Of a stretch of DNA of 64,000 nucleotides, positions 12,469 to 24,221 are shown one piece after another. Below the pieces are notes generated by a model. That model had not been told where the DNA came from. It ran no database searches and saw only the letters and a program-made list of their open reading frames with translations. Position 1 is the first letter of the stretch, and each line of letters opens with the position of its first letter. The position numbers were made by a program, and so were the translations under genes. Source of the DNA: Malacoraja senta (Eukaryota); assembly GCA_038087875.1 (NCBI GenBank), contig CM075988.1, forward strand, positions 18,478,001 through 18,542,000, read 5' to 3'.

Positions 12469-13040
12469 AACAATAGACAATAGGTGCAGGAGTAGGCCAT
12501 TCGGCCCTTCGAGCCAGCACCACCATTCAATGTGATCATGGCTGATCATCCCCAATCAGTACCCCATTCCTGCCTACTCCCCATATCCCCTGACTCCGGT
12601 ATTTTTAAGAGCTCTATCTAACTCTCTCTTGAAAGCATCCATAGAATTGGCCTCCACTACCTTCTGAGGTATAGAATTTCATAGAATCACAACCCTCTAT
12701 GTGAAAATGTATTTCCTCATCTCCGTTCTAAATGGCTTAACCCTTATTCTTAAACTGTGGCCCCTGGTTCTGGACTCCCCCAACATTGGGAACATGATTT
12801 CTGCCTCTAGCGTGTCCAAACCCTTAATAATCTTAGGTGTTTCAATATGATCCCCTCTCATCCTTCTAAATTCCAGAGTAAACAAGCCCAGCCGCTCCAT
12901 TCTATCAACGTATGCCAGTCCCGTCATCCCGGGAATTAACCTCGTGAACCTACGCTGCACTCCCTCAATAGCAAGAATGTCCTTCCTCAAATTTGGAGAC
13001 CAAAACTGCACACAATACTCCAGGTGTTGTCTCACTAGGG
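12469..13040 (-). mobile_element. CR1/HER1 LINE 3' fragment
   Basis: ORF 12697-13059: LVRQHLEYCVQFWSPNLRKDILAIEGVQRRFTRLIPG; (CTATTGT)n tail. Confidence 0.95.
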
Positions 13041-13719
13041 ACCACACCTGGAGGGGCATTGCTCTTCTGACTCCTCACTGAATGGTTCTCTAGAGTAAAA
13101 AGACTAAAGTCCTCCCTACCCCATCTGGCTTCTGTATTGCACTGGACTCCACTAAAGGACTACCACTTCCTCACATAATCTGTCTCACATGGAATTAAAT
13201 AAGGATCTGGCTCCATAAAGAATTTGGCTTAAATATGTATATTTATGAGAGAGAGAGAGAGAGAGAGCGAGAGTGAGAGGAAGAGAGAGACAGACGGACA
13301 GAAAGATTCCCAGGAATAAACAGATGGGGGAGCAAGTCTACACATATTATTTCCTAATATTCAATCTTACTATAAAATACTTGCATGTTTTTTTAAAACA
13401 TGATCCAAGCTGTATTGATAGCACACATTTTTAGATTGTAGAAAATAGCAGTTACATTGTCCCTGCCATGATAATACCATTTATGTTTCAAAATCATGCT
13501 AATTCTGTTCTATGCAGCACTAAAATGTGCCTGAAAATACTATGACATTCCACACCACAGCCACTATTTTAACCAAGCGCCGTCACAGAAATGGCACTCA
13601 ATTCAGCTCCAATTGATTGGTTTATCTGCAATAGATTGACTTCAATCCCATTTGAGATCTTGCTCACATTGATAGGTGTGTGATAAGTTGCTGGATTAAT
13701 TGATAGATTCTAAATGGAC

Positions 13720-14608
13720 AGTTTTTCTCCCAGCAGCTATCTGGAACCGAATCTTCCCACCACAACCAGTGAGCAATGTGGAACTACTATCTACCTCTTA
13801 GAGGTAGATAAGGGGAAGAACAATGGACAATGGGGCGGGAGGGACAATGGGGGAACCGCTGTGGGGGAGGGGAGGGGAATGGTGGGGTGGGGAGAGGGGA
13901 AAACTAAAGGAGGAGCCAGCATGCTTTGTAATTGTCAGCGCTGTATGTGTCCGCAATTTTTTATACATTGGGTATGCAAGCAAAGAATTTCACTGTGCCT
14001 TGTCACATGTGACAATAAAATGTATTCCATTCCCATTCCATTCCATTTGATGACCCTCGGACTATCCTTGATTGGACTTTGCCGGCTGTAGCTTGCAGTA
14101 AACGTTACTCCATTATCATGTAGACAATAGACAATAGACAATAGGTGCAGGAGTAGGCCATTCGCCCCTTCGAGCCAGCACCGCCATTCAATATGATCAT
14201 GGCTGATCATCCCCAATCAGTATCCCGTTCCTGCCTTCTCCCCATCTCCCCTGACTCTGCTATTTTTAAGAGTCCTATCTAGCTCTCTCTCATAGAAACA
14301 TAGAAACATAGAAAATAGGTGCAGGAGTAGGCCATTCGCCCCTTCGAGCCTGCACCACCATTCAATATGATCATGGCTGATCATCCAACTCGAAAGCACC
14401 CAGAGAACCTGCCTCCACCGCCATCTGAGGCAGAGAATTCCACACTCACCACTCTCTGTGAGAAAAAGTGTTTCCTCGTCTCCGTTCTAAATGTATCTTT
14501 ACACTGTAAATGGATCGATTGTAATCATGTCTTGTCTTTCCTCTGACTGGATAGCAACAAAAAAGCTTTTCACTGTACCTCGGTACACGTGACGATAAGC
14601 TAAACTGA
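13720..14608 (+). mobile_element. Rex1/Babar-type 3' region carrying nested inserts (13800-14047 short element; 14123-14492 CR1 3' ends on minus strand)
   Basis: Host 3'UTR resumes across inserts and ends CTTTTCACTGTACCTCGGTACACGTGACGATAA; related copies at ~59775-59960 and ~61035-61315 (minus). Confidence 0.7.
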
Positions 14609-15289
14609 TCATAGATGATGGAAGTGTACACGGAGGTGAAATGATCTCTGGCACACTTAACAACAACACCTCAAAACACCCAATGTATCTCTGGCTTGGG
14701 TCTGGTCCACATGTATAAATATTAAACAGAAATTAAAGATTGACAGCATTTTTCTGTTGCGTATTCTATCTGGTTGTATATATCAGAAACACATTAAGCT
14801 TATTCCGATTCAATGCTGTCAGTTTGAGTTAAACACAGTTGGCAAGAGAAATAAGTCAAACTTAAACAATGCTGTGCAACCGTTGTCATTTGTACCTGAA
14901 TGACAACTTATTTAAAAAAAAAAAATTCTGAAGATCAGATATTTAAACTCAATACATCCCATTGACTCGAAGGGTATAAATGCGGTTCTTCTGCTGAAAT
15001 ACAGGAGGAAAAATAAACGTTGGAGATGAAACGCACTGGTTTAAAATTTTGGCAGAAGAGAATTTAATTTGAAACTTCTAAGAGCTAGTTTTAATTAACA
15101 TTGGGCTGGCAAAAAAGTCTATAACAAAGTAACAGGGTATTCAATTGTAGTTAAAGTTTAACCTGAGCTCTTGAGTGAAGCAGAGCGAGGCGCCCTGTTA
15201 CCAGAGAATTCATGTTGGATCACACAGGAGCCTTTACGCTAAGTTCAGGCTTGAGTGAGATTATACTGGTAATGGTTGAGAAAGTAGTT

Positions 15290-15652
15290 CACTTTAGTTT
15301 AGAGATACAGTGTGGAAACAGGCATTTCGGCCCACCGAGTCTGCTCCTACCGGTGAGCATCCCGTTCTACTAGTTCTATCCTACCTACTGAGGTGCAATT
15401 TACAGAAGCCAATTAACCTCCAAACCTGCATTTCTTTGGAATGTGGGAGGAAACCGGAGCTGCCGGAGGAGGTAGTTAAGGCAGGTACTATCACAATGTG
15501 TAAGAAACCTTAGGACAGGTACATGGATAAGACGGTTTAGAGGGATATGGGCCAAACACAGGCAAGTGGGACTAGTGTAGATGGAACATGTTGGTCGGTG
15601 TGGGCAAGTAGGGTCGAAGGGCCTGTTTCCATGCTGTATGACTCTATGACTC
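15290..15652. mobile_element. Truncated HE1 SINE (minus, ~15290-15460) fused to CR1/HER1 3' end (plus, ~15458-15652)
   Basis: Junction at GGAGC; the CR1 tail GGGTCGAAGGGCCTGTTTCCATGCTGTATGACTCTATGA shows the tail shared with HE1. Confidence 0.8.
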
Positions 15653-15674
15653 CATCTTTGACTGTGGATGGAAG

Positions 15675-16030
15675 GTTTAGAGGGGTATGCGTCAAAAAAA
15701 GGCTGGCAGTATCATCAAGGACCCACACCATCCTGGCCACACACACAACTCCCTACTACCTTCAGGTAGAAGGTACAGGAGCATGAAGACTGCAACGACC
15801 AGGTTCAGGAATAGCCATCAGGCTATTAAACCTGGCTCGGACAAAACACTGAACTTTATTAGCCAATTAACTGTTATTTGTACTTTATCAGTATATTGAT
15901 TCATGTGTGTATATATTTATAGAATGCCACCTACTATGTTCTGTTGTGCTGAAGCAAAGCAAGAATTTCATTGTCCTATCAGGGACACATGACAATAAAC
16001 TCACTTGAACTTGAACTTGAACTTGAACTG
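15675..16030 (+). mobile_element. Rex1/Babar LINE 3' fragment
   Basis: KKAGSIIKDPHHPGH..LLPSGRRYRSMKTATTRFRNS; GACAATAAA + (CTTGAA)n tail. Confidence 0.9.
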
Positions 16031-16469
16031 CAGGCAACTGAGTCTAGCGCAATGTCAACTTAGTCTGCATGGACAACGTGGGCCGAAGGGCCTTTTTCTG
16101 TGCTGTGCAGCTCTTTGACTCTTCCACATTATGCCTGTTCTCACTTCCTACAAAAAAAATGCTTCATAAGCTTGTTGATAATCATTCAATCGGATAGATA
16201 CTTGAGAGAAAACAAATTTGCAGAGCCACAGGGACTGAGTTGGAGAATCAGAATCAATTCTACTGCAGTTGATAATACTCTACATGAGCTCAGTTGAACA
16301 GGCTCCTCTTGCACTCTGACAGTACCATGGCTCCAACAGACTCACCAGTTAATCATTAGATAAGCAATCCAATAGATCAATACATTTGTTGAATATTGCA
16401 TGTATTTTAGACTCAAGGAACATCGGCGCCGACCGCCGGACGTGGACGGACCACGCGGAGTGAGCACGT

Positions 16470-16808
16470 CGCAGCCGAGGGAAGGAACTAGATGAGGGAG
16501 GACAAGAGGAACAATGGAGGACCCAGCGTGGGGTGATGGTCGTGAGAGAGGGGGAGAACAATGAACAATGGGGACCTGGCGTTGGGGGGGGGGGGGGCGT
16601 GAGGTTGATGGTGGGTGGGGGGGGGAGAGCAAAGGGGAACCTTGCGCTGATACTGTGTATACTTAGTAACTTTGTCAGCTCCCTTATGTAGCGACTATTT
16701 ACATACCTTGGATATGCAAGCAAAGAATTTCACTGTGACTTGTCACATGTGACAATAAAGTACTCATTCATTCATTCATTCATTCATTCATTCATTCATT
16801 CATTCATT
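16470..16808 (+). mobile_element. Short purine-rich element with Rex1-like tail ending in (TCAT)n
   Basis: GCAAAGAATTTCACTGTGACTTGTCACATGTGACAATAAAG then ~11 TCAT units; homologous to 13800-14047. Confidence 0.65.
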
Positions 16809-17283
16809 GGGGTATTTAACATTTCTCTAATGCAATAGAACCTTTGAGGCATTACGTAAACTGTTCATAAATGAACGTGAGTTGCTATGCAGTCCCTTTA
16901 AGTGTAGGGGGACATTAGTTCATAATATATTTATGCAGTTTTACAAATTGCTCAAGTTTTTTAAAAATAAAGTTCGAAAAAATTAACAGAATAAATAATC
17001 AAAAGGATTAAATCAATTTTTTATAATGTAATTTTGTGCTTGAAAATGTTCAATATGAAGCAATATTTCAAATGCAGGAATTCAGAGTAAGATCACCATG
17101 GAAACAGATACCCCTTTGTAGAGGAAGTATATTCTACTGAGAGCAGCTTCTTCTGCTTTGCTAGTAACAGATTATGTCACAGATAAACAGCCCCGCTTGG
17201 TTAATTGTTGCAATAATTTATTTAGTAAAATGGATTTGTATAAACCAGGCAGAATAAATATATTAAATAAATGTAAAAAATTA

Positions 17284-17588
17284 GGGCGGTACGGTGGCGC
17301 AGCGGTAGATTTGTCCCCTTACAGCGCCAGAGACCCGGGTTCGATCCTGACTACGGGTGCTCCCTGTGCAGAATTCGTACACTCTCCCCGTGACTGCGTG
17401 GGTTTTCTCCGGGTATTCCGATTTCCTCCCACATTCCAAAGATGTCCAGGTTTGTAGGTTAATTGGTTCAGGTAAAACATTTAAAATTGTCCCTTGTGTG
17501 TAGGATAGTGCTGGTGTACGGGGATCGCTGGTTGGCGCAGACTTGGTGGGCCGAAGGGCCTGTTTCTACGCTGTATCTGTAAACTAAA
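17284..17588 (+). mobile_element. HE1-type V-SINE, full length
   Basis: GGGCGGTACGGTGGCGCAGCGGTAGA (A box), GGGTTCGATCC (B box), V domain, CR1-like tail. Confidence 0.95.
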
Positions 17589-17760
17589 TTAACACTTTTG
17601 CAAGGGGTTGAATATCTAGTGACTTGTAGAGATGTGCTTGACAAGCAGTGATTGCCAAGATAATGTTTTTAGACAAATAACACTCTGGTTAAGAATAGTT
17701 AACATTGTTTCTAACTGGTCCTTCATTGGTAACTGCTGCCTGAGGATTAATGTTTTAAGT

Positions 17761-17992
17761 TGGTATCGGTATTGGTATTGGTATCGGTATCGGTATTGAT
17801 ATTGGTATTGGTATTGGTATCGGTATTGATATTGGTATTGGTATCGGTATTGGTATTGGTATTGGCATTGGTATTGGTATCGGTATCGGTATCGGTATTG
17901 GTATTGGTATCGGTATCGGTATCGATATTGGTATCGGTATCGGTATCGATATTGGTATCGGTATCGGTATCGGTATCGGTATTGGTATTGGT
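17761..17992. repeat. (GGTATY)n hexamer microsatellite
   Basis: Mixed GGTATC/GGTATT units, joined to a minus-strand Rex1-type 3' end at ~17993-18035. Confidence 0.95.
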
Positions 17993-18039
17993 TTATCATT
18001 GCCCACTGTACCGAGATACAGTGCAAAGCTTTTGTTTGC

Positions 18040-18598
18040 CCCTCCCCCAACCTCTTCCACCTTTGTCCCTTTCTCCAACTTCACATTTCACGCCTCATCT
18101 CTCCTTATCTCTGAAGAAGTGTTCCGACCCGAAACGTCACCGATGCATGTTCTCCGGAGATGCTAACCGAGTTACTCCAGCACTCCTTGTCTTTCCTATC
18201 TCATCGACTTTTGTCTTTTCATCTTTGCCCCTTGTCCAACTGCAAACCAGTCTGAAGAAGGGTCTCAACCCTAAGCATCACCTAATCCTTCTCTCCAGAG
18301 ATGCTGTCTGACCCGCTGAGTTACTCCAGCTTTCTGTGTCTATCTTCGGTTTGAACCAGCATCTGCAGTTCCTTCCTATACATTTCATCTGCCAATCAAC
18401 CCCCCACCTCTCACTTGTATCCACCTATCACTCACTATGCTTTGTCCCGCCGTCACCTCTCTTCCACCTTGTTCCCCCTGACTACAATCAGTCTGAAGAA
18501 GGGCCCCGACCCGAAATGTTGCTTATCCAAGTTCTCCAGAGCTACTTCCTGTTTGCTGAGTTACTCCAGTACTTTGTGTCTTTTTTTGTAAACTAGCA
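18040..18598 (+). repeat. Three head-to-tail Penelope pseudo-LTR-like units
   Basis: CTGAAGAAG..ACCC(G/T)AA cores at 18111, 18252 and 18493, each followed by TTCTCCAGAG..GAGTTACTCCAG. Confidence 0.8.
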
Positions 18599-18603
18599 TG
18601 TGT

Positions 18604-18886
18604 GGGCGGCACGGTGGCGCAACAGTAGAGTTGCTGCCTTGCAGCGCCAGAGAGCCGGGTTCGATCAAGACTATGGGTGCTGTCTGTATGGAGTTTGCAT
18701 GTTCTCCCTGTGACTGCGTGGGTTTTCTCCAGGTGCTCTGGCTTCCTCCCATATTCCACAGGTTTGCAGATTAATTGGCTACGGTAAAAATGTAAAATTA
18801 TCCCGAAGTGTGTAGGATAGAACTAGTGTAAGGGGTGATTGTTGGTCAGTGAGCCTGTTTCCACGCTGTATCTCTAAACTAAACTA
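18604..18886 (+). mobile_element. HE1-type V-SINE
   Basis: A/B boxes, V domain, TATCTCTAAACTAAACTA tail. Confidence 0.95.
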
Positions 18887-18920
18887 GAATGTAACTCAGC
18901 ATTGATGAGGAAGAGTCTAA

Positions 18921-19617
18921 AGGGCCTGTCCCACTTGGGTGTCATTTGCGCCTCATTTACGTGACAGGCCGGTAGTGACTGACGCGTGACGGTCGCACGA
19001 CTGTCGCGCGCAAATCACGTGTCATCGTGCGTCAGCACAGCCGTCTGGTGCGTGACGTCATTAGAATACCCTGCTTCCCTATTCTGCATCATGACCATCA
19101 TGGAAGAACTACAGATGTTATTGCTACAGCAACAACAGAGACTTCTGTTAGAAGCAGCCCTCATACTTACAGATCAGCCAGGCAGGGGTACAACAAGAAA
19201 GGCTAGCAAGAAACCCAGGAAGAGGTCTGTGTGGACGAGGTTAGAGGTTACATGACGTGTAAAAGGCGGGCCGACTGCGTATGGGCGGCGCGCGGCGTCG
19301 CATGTTTACGGATGTTGACGCACGGTGACGTAACCATGCGTTTCCACGTGATACGGCGTGCGACGCCGATGCGTCAGCATGCGTAGCCAATGCGCCAGCG
19401 TGCGTAAGCGATACGTCACGCAGGTGGCACGCGAGGATTTCGGTACACTACGAAATCCTGGAGCGCCACGCGATACCGCGCGCCACATGCAATTCCACGC
19501 CTTCCCGTGCGCTATGCGTGCGTCACCATCGCGCCCTCCACGCGTCGCGACGCGTCGATCAATTTTCTACATGACGAGTAAATGAGGCGCAAATGACGCC
19601 CAAGTGGGACAGGCCTT
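18921..19617 (+). mobile_element. PIF/Harbinger non-autonomous DNA transposon
   Basis: 40-bp TIRs (18921-18960 / 19578-19617, 2 mismatches) starting AGGGCCTGTCCCACTT; TAA TSD at 18918-18920 and 19618-19620; CpG-rich interior. Confidence 0.92.
19091..19255 (+). pseudogene. Probable N-terminal remnant of a Harbinger transposase
   Basis: MTIMEELQMLLLQQQQRLLLEAALILTDQPGRGTTRKASKKPRKRSVWTR; a basic run followed by VW-x-R is typical of Harbinger transposase N-termini; lies inside the TIR element. Confidence 0.55.
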
Positions 19618-19909
19618 TAACAAACCTCTTTTTGCACCAACTGTAAAGCTTGTTAATTGCCTTTGTGTTCCTCCCACACACCGCACATCCTGCCTCCTTA
19701 TATTGCAAATCAATTCTCATTGTTCCCCTCTGACAGGATGGATCCCCCCAGGGCTGCAATTCCACTTGTCCACTGTTGTCTGTCCTTTGGTAACAGCTGT
19801 GCATTTCAGCATTAGTTTTCAGAATCGAAACCATTGATATCAATTAGAAATTAAAAAATGAAAGAGAGATTTTTATTGCTCAAGGTTTTGTCAGATTGTG
19901 ATGAGTCAA

Positions 19910-20015
19910 GAGGTTTTACCGCCAGTGAAATATTTGTTAGAGTCGCGGAGTGTTGTAGGAACACCACAGCCAGTTGGCACACAGCAAGTTCTCATCAACA
20001 TCTGAGAAGCTCAAG
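19910..20015 (-). mobile_element. Deu-domain SINE remnant (apparently split by the L2 insertion)
   Basis: TTTTACCGCCAGTGAAATA..TGTAGGAACACCACAGCCAGTTGGCACACAGCAAGTTCTCATCAACA resembles the reverse Deu/tail region. Confidence 0.55.
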
Positions 20016-20029
20016 ATAAATGAGTAAAG

Positions 20030-21101
20030 TCAAGTCAAGTCACGTCACATTTATATATATAGCACATTTAAAAAACAACTCTCGTTGGCCAAAGTGCTTT
20101 ACATTTGTTATAAGAATAGCATAAACAAAACAAACTACATACATATATACATGTAGCCCTCACTCAGAGGACGTCAGGAAAGGCTTGGGAGTATAGATAA
20201 GTTTTTAGTCTTGACTTAAAAGAGTCGATGGAGGGGGCAGTTCTGATCGGAAAGGGGATGCTGTTCCACAGTCTAGGGGCTGCAACCGCAAAGGCGCGGT
20301 CGCCCCTGAGCTTATGCCTAGACCGTGGGATATTCAGCAACCCCAAGTCGGCCGATCTGAGGGGCCTGGAGGTGGAGTGGTGGGTGAGAAGACTTTTTAT
20401 GTAGGTGGGGGCAAGCCCATTGAGGGCTTTGTAGACATGGAGGAGGATCTTGAAGTTTATACGGAACCGCACAGGGAGCCAGTGGAGAGAGGCTAGGATC
20501 GGGGTGATGTGGTCCCTTTTTCGGGTGCCCGTCAGGAGTCTCGCTGCGGCGTTTTGGACCAGTTGCAGGCGGGACAGGGAAGATTGGCTGATGCCAGTGT
20601 AAAGGGAGTTGCAGTAATCTAGGCGGGAGGAGAAGAATGTGTGGATGATCTTTTCCAGGTCATCAAACTGGAGGAATTGTTTTAATTTAGCTATCGTCCG
20701 AAGCTGAAAGAAGCTAGCTTTTACCACGGCATTGACTTGTTTGTCAAATTTCAGTGCTGAGTCAAATATCACGCCAAGGTTTTTGACGTTAGGTTTGAGT
20801 AGTGGGGTAAGGCTTCCAAGGCTGCCTGCTATCATTTTGATTGAGTCCGAGGGGCCGAGAAGGATGACCTCAGACTTAATCTCGTTTAGTTGGAGGAAGT
20901 TCTGGGCCATCCAACACTTTATATCCTCGAGGCAGCGTGTAAGATTAAGCAGATTTGATTGGTTATTGGGCTTCAGGGGGAGATAGAGTTGTGTATCGTC
21001 TGCGTAGCAATGGAAGGAAATGCCGTGCCTTTCAATGACTTGGCCTAAGGGGAGCATATACAGGGAGAAGAGAATGGGGCCAAGTATGGAACCTTGTGGA
21101 G
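20030..21101 (-). mobile_element. L2-clade LINE, 5'-truncated, young
   Basis: Uninterrupted RT ORF; 3' tail TGTAAAGCACTTTG..GTGCTATAT..(TGACT)n; flanking direct repeat GAGTAAAG at 20022-20029 and 21102-21109. Confidence 0.95.
20164..21099 (-). CDS. L2 reverse transcriptase ORF2, C-terminal part (5'-truncated)
   Basis: PQGSILGPILFSLYMLPL..HCYADDTQLY..KNLGVIFD..SRLDYCNSL..LQLVQNAAARLLT..LHWLPV..FKSRLKTYLY; no stops. Confidence 0.93.
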   Translation of the reverse strand, partial: PQGSILGPILFSLYMLPLGQVIERHGISFHCYADDTQLYLPLKPNNQSNLLNLTRCLEDIKCWMAQNFLQLNEIKSEVILLGPSDSIKMIAGSLGSLTPLLKPNVKNLGVIFDSALKFDKQVNAVVKASFFQLRTIAKLKQFLQFDDLEKIIHTFFSSRLDYCNSLYTGISQSSLSRLQLVQNAAARLLTGTRKRDHITPILASLHWLPVRFRINFKILLHVYKALNGLAPTYIKSLLTHHSTSRPLRSADLGLLNIPRSRHKLRGDRAFAVAAPRLWNSIPFPIRTAPSIDSFKSRLKTYLYSQAFPDVL

Positions 21102-21889
21102 GAGTAAAGGAGAGACACTGTCTCTGTTACAAAGATCAATGAGAATCAATGAACGCCCCAAAATTGTAAGCTCCCAGTAAATACCACCTTCTACGGGTGA
21201 GGAGCAGAAGAGGCGACCTGCCACATGAGAGAAACACAGTGCTGGAGTAACTCAGCGGGTCAGGCAGCACCTCTGGAGAAAAGGAATAGGTGACGTTTCA
21301 GCTTGAGATCTTTCTTCAGACTGAGTCAGGAGAGAGAGAGACTAGAGGTATGAAAAGGTACAAAGAACAGGAGAGCTTGGTTAGAGTGCTATAAATCTTC
21401 CATGCTCTCTTATAGTTCATTGCAATGCAAATCACATCAATAATGTTGTATCAATTAAGCATCTGATATTGTATCTATTATGCACCAATTATTTGCTGAT
21501 AAGGCATCAGTACATTGATTCCATTCCATTCTGTCAATGCCTAAACATTATTATTTTCCTTTTAGAATATTTAATTAGATCAATCACTGTTCCATTTTTC
21601 AAAGTAAATGTAATATTTTCATCAATTAAACATTTTACCAATTAAAGTAATTTTCGCTGAATGTCCCCAGTGAGATTATGTATGGGAATCTGATCTGATA
21701 AATGAAAACTAACATCATTTTCCATCTCCTTTAGCTGTTAGAGATTTGCACATTTAACTCCAGCTGATGTCCATCGATTGTATTGGTGAGAAACATGGCA
21801 TATCCTTTAATACGGGGCAGTGCTGGAATCATTCTCACAACTCCCACAAAAATATTAATTTGAAATTTGATTTTAGTATAATTTTTAAT

Positions 21890-22152
21890 GATAGAGCGTG
21901 GGAAAAAGCCCTTCGGCCCACCGGATCCACGCTGACCAGTTCTATCCTACACTAGTTCTATCCTGCACGCCAGGGACAATTTTACCAAAACCAATTAACC
22001 TACAAACCCGTAAGTCTTTGGGATGTGGGAGGAACCGGAAGCACCCGAAGGACACCCACGCAGTCACAGGGAGAACGTGCAACCTCCCATAGACAGCACC
22101 CATAGTCAGGATTGAACCTGGGTCTCTGGTGCTGGAAAGCAACAACTCTACA
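21890..22152 (-). mobile_element. HE1-type V-SINE
   Basis: Reverse-complement V domain and B box; followed by a CR1 3' piece to ~22340. Confidence 0.85.
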
Positions 22153-22399
22153 GCTCAAGTAGTTGAAGCAGGTACCATAACACTATTAAACAGATGCTTG
22201 GATAGGTACATGGATAGGAAAGGTTTGGAGGGATATGGGCCAAACGTGAGCAGGAGGGACTAGTCCAGATGAGGCCTCTTGGTCAGTGTGGACAAGTTGG
22301 GCAGAAAAGCCTATTTCTGTGCTGGATTGACTCGATGACTATTTAATCATTTTAATGTCACTTGCCCAAACACTTTGAATGGATTCACGCACACACATC

Positions 22400-22818
22400 T
22401 TCAAATTAATAAGGAGAGATTGGATACATTTGGATTCTTTTCTCTGGAGAGTTGGAGATTGCGGGGAGACCTGATAGAAGTATATACACATTTCAGAGGC
22501 ATAGATAGGTAGACAGTGTGGATGGAGAAGTCAAATACTACCGAGCACAACTCTCCCATCAGAGGGGGACATTTAAAGGAGATGTGCGGGGCAAGCTGTT
22601 TACACGGAGTGGTGAGTGCGTGGCTTGCACGACCAGGGGTGATGGTGGAGGCAGATACAATAGTGGTGTTTAAGAGGCTCTTAAATTGGCACATGGGAAA
22701 TACAGGAATGGTGGGATGTGGATCTCGTGCAGGAAGAAGGAGATTAGTTTAACTTGACATCGTGTTCAGCATGGACATTGTGGGCTGAAGGGTCCATTCC
22801 TACGCTGTACTGTTCTAT
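22400..22818 (+). mobile_element. CR1 LINE 3' fragment, decayed
   Basis: LGFFSLESWRLRGDLIEVY.. and VVEADTIVVFKRLL motifs. Confidence 0.85.
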
Positions 22819-23078
22819 GTAGGAAGGGACTGTATATGGTGGTTCAAACCGGACAGATGTAAAATGCTGGAGTAACTCAGTGGGACAGGCAGCATCTCTG
22901 GAGAGAGGGAATGGGTGACGTTTTGGGTTGAGATCCTTCTTCAGACTCAGGGGAGAGGGAAACCAGAGATTTGGAAGGGTAAAGACTGTACGAAGAACGG
23001 CCTCGACCCGAAGCGTCACCCATTCCTTCGCGCCAGAGATGCTGCCTGTCCCGCTGAATTACTCCAGCGTTTTGTGCC
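22819..23078. repeat. Penelope-derived palindromic repeat
   Basis: Inverted family arms with spacer. Confidence 0.8.
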
Positions 23079-23154
23079 AATGCTATTTAACGGACCTGGA
23101 TACCAATTCTCTAAATTAGTGCAAGGGCCAGCAAAGCATCAAGAAAATTAAACA

Positions 23155-23656
23155 AATATGTTTGAAACATTACACCTAGAAGAGATATGACTCCTCCTAG
23201 CAGGTAAACCAGATCACTTCCACCTGACGTGGTCTGCATTTATAGAATTATTACAAACATAGGGTGCAAAAGTACTTTAAAAAAAAATTGAGGTCAGGTA
23301 AGGGGGGATGCTAGTTGAAGAGTTGGTATGTCCCATTTACGTAATGCTCATAAAAATATTTGTTTCTCTCTTTTTCCTCTTTCTCTTTCTCCTTCTTTTC
23401 TAGGGTCTATTCCTTAACTCTTTTTCTTTTGTTTTTAATTTTGTTCTTATAGGGTCTTCGTCCTTTTTTGTTGTCACATTTTCTACACTCTCACTTTTTC
23501 CTTCACTTTCTTCTTTCTTTCAATCTTTTCCTTTTCTAGTGTAAAAAATAAATGGAGTACATTAATTGTAAGAAGATATAAATGACGAGTACTAATGTAT
23601 GTGGTTGTAATGTAATGTACTTCTAATAAATAAAAATTAAAAAAAAAAAAAAAAAA
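23155..23656 (+). mobile_element. L1-clade LINE 3' end with poly(A)
   Basis: NMFETLHLEEI..DHFHLTWSAFIELLQT*, T-rich 3'UTR, AATAAA, poly(A); TSD AAAATTAAACA (23144-23154 / 23657-23667); same family as 58020-59402. Confidence 0.92.
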
Positions 23657-23996
23657 AAAATTAAACACATTTCCTGGACAATAACCTGAGAATTTAAAAG
23701 AAGGCATTAACCATTCGGATAGTCACTTGCAGAGTTGAGAAAGATGGATTTGCAAAACATTGGCGATCATTTTACGGGAATTTGTGGATGGGTAGGGCAT
23801 CAATTTAGTACATTGAAAACTACCTGATGTCATGTCCGTCTTCATAAAGTTGACAGGAACTATTATTGATTTATTTTTCTTCCTTCAATTCTATCTAAAT
23901 TGGCGGAATTGATTAACGGGAAATACATTTACAAGTTTTTTTCCACCATCAATGGATGAGTAAACAGCAGAGAGTAAGGCTGCAGGAGGGAACTGC

Positions 23997-24221
23997 AGTC
24001 TGTGGATTTCTCTGCCTCAGAGGGCAGTGGAGGCCGGTTCTCTGGATGCTTTCAAGAGAGAGCTAGATAGGGCTCTTAAAAACAGCAGAGTCAGGGGATA
24101 TGGGGAGAAGGCAGGAATGGGGTACTGATTGGGGATAATCAGCCATGATCACATTGAATGGCGGTGCTGGCTCGAAGGGCCTAATGGCCTACTCCTGCAC
24201 CTATTGTCTATTGTCTATTGT
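23997..24221 (+). mobile_element. CR1/HER1 LINE 3' end
   Basis: SLPQRAVEA..FKRELDRAL; GGCCTACTCCTGCACC(TATTGTC)n tail. Confidence 0.9.

Noticed and set aside
17284..17355. tRNA gene
   Set aside because: The A/B boxes continue into the V domain and LINE tail, so this is a SINE head, as in all HE1 copies
17616..18311. Long ORFs with YR/IP/VSVL repeats
   Set aside because: Translations of the (GGTATY)n microsatellite
20022..20029. The same octamer GAGTAAAG flanks both the L2 and the hAT at 62681
   Set aside because: The integration mechanisms are unrelated, so this is most likely coincidence
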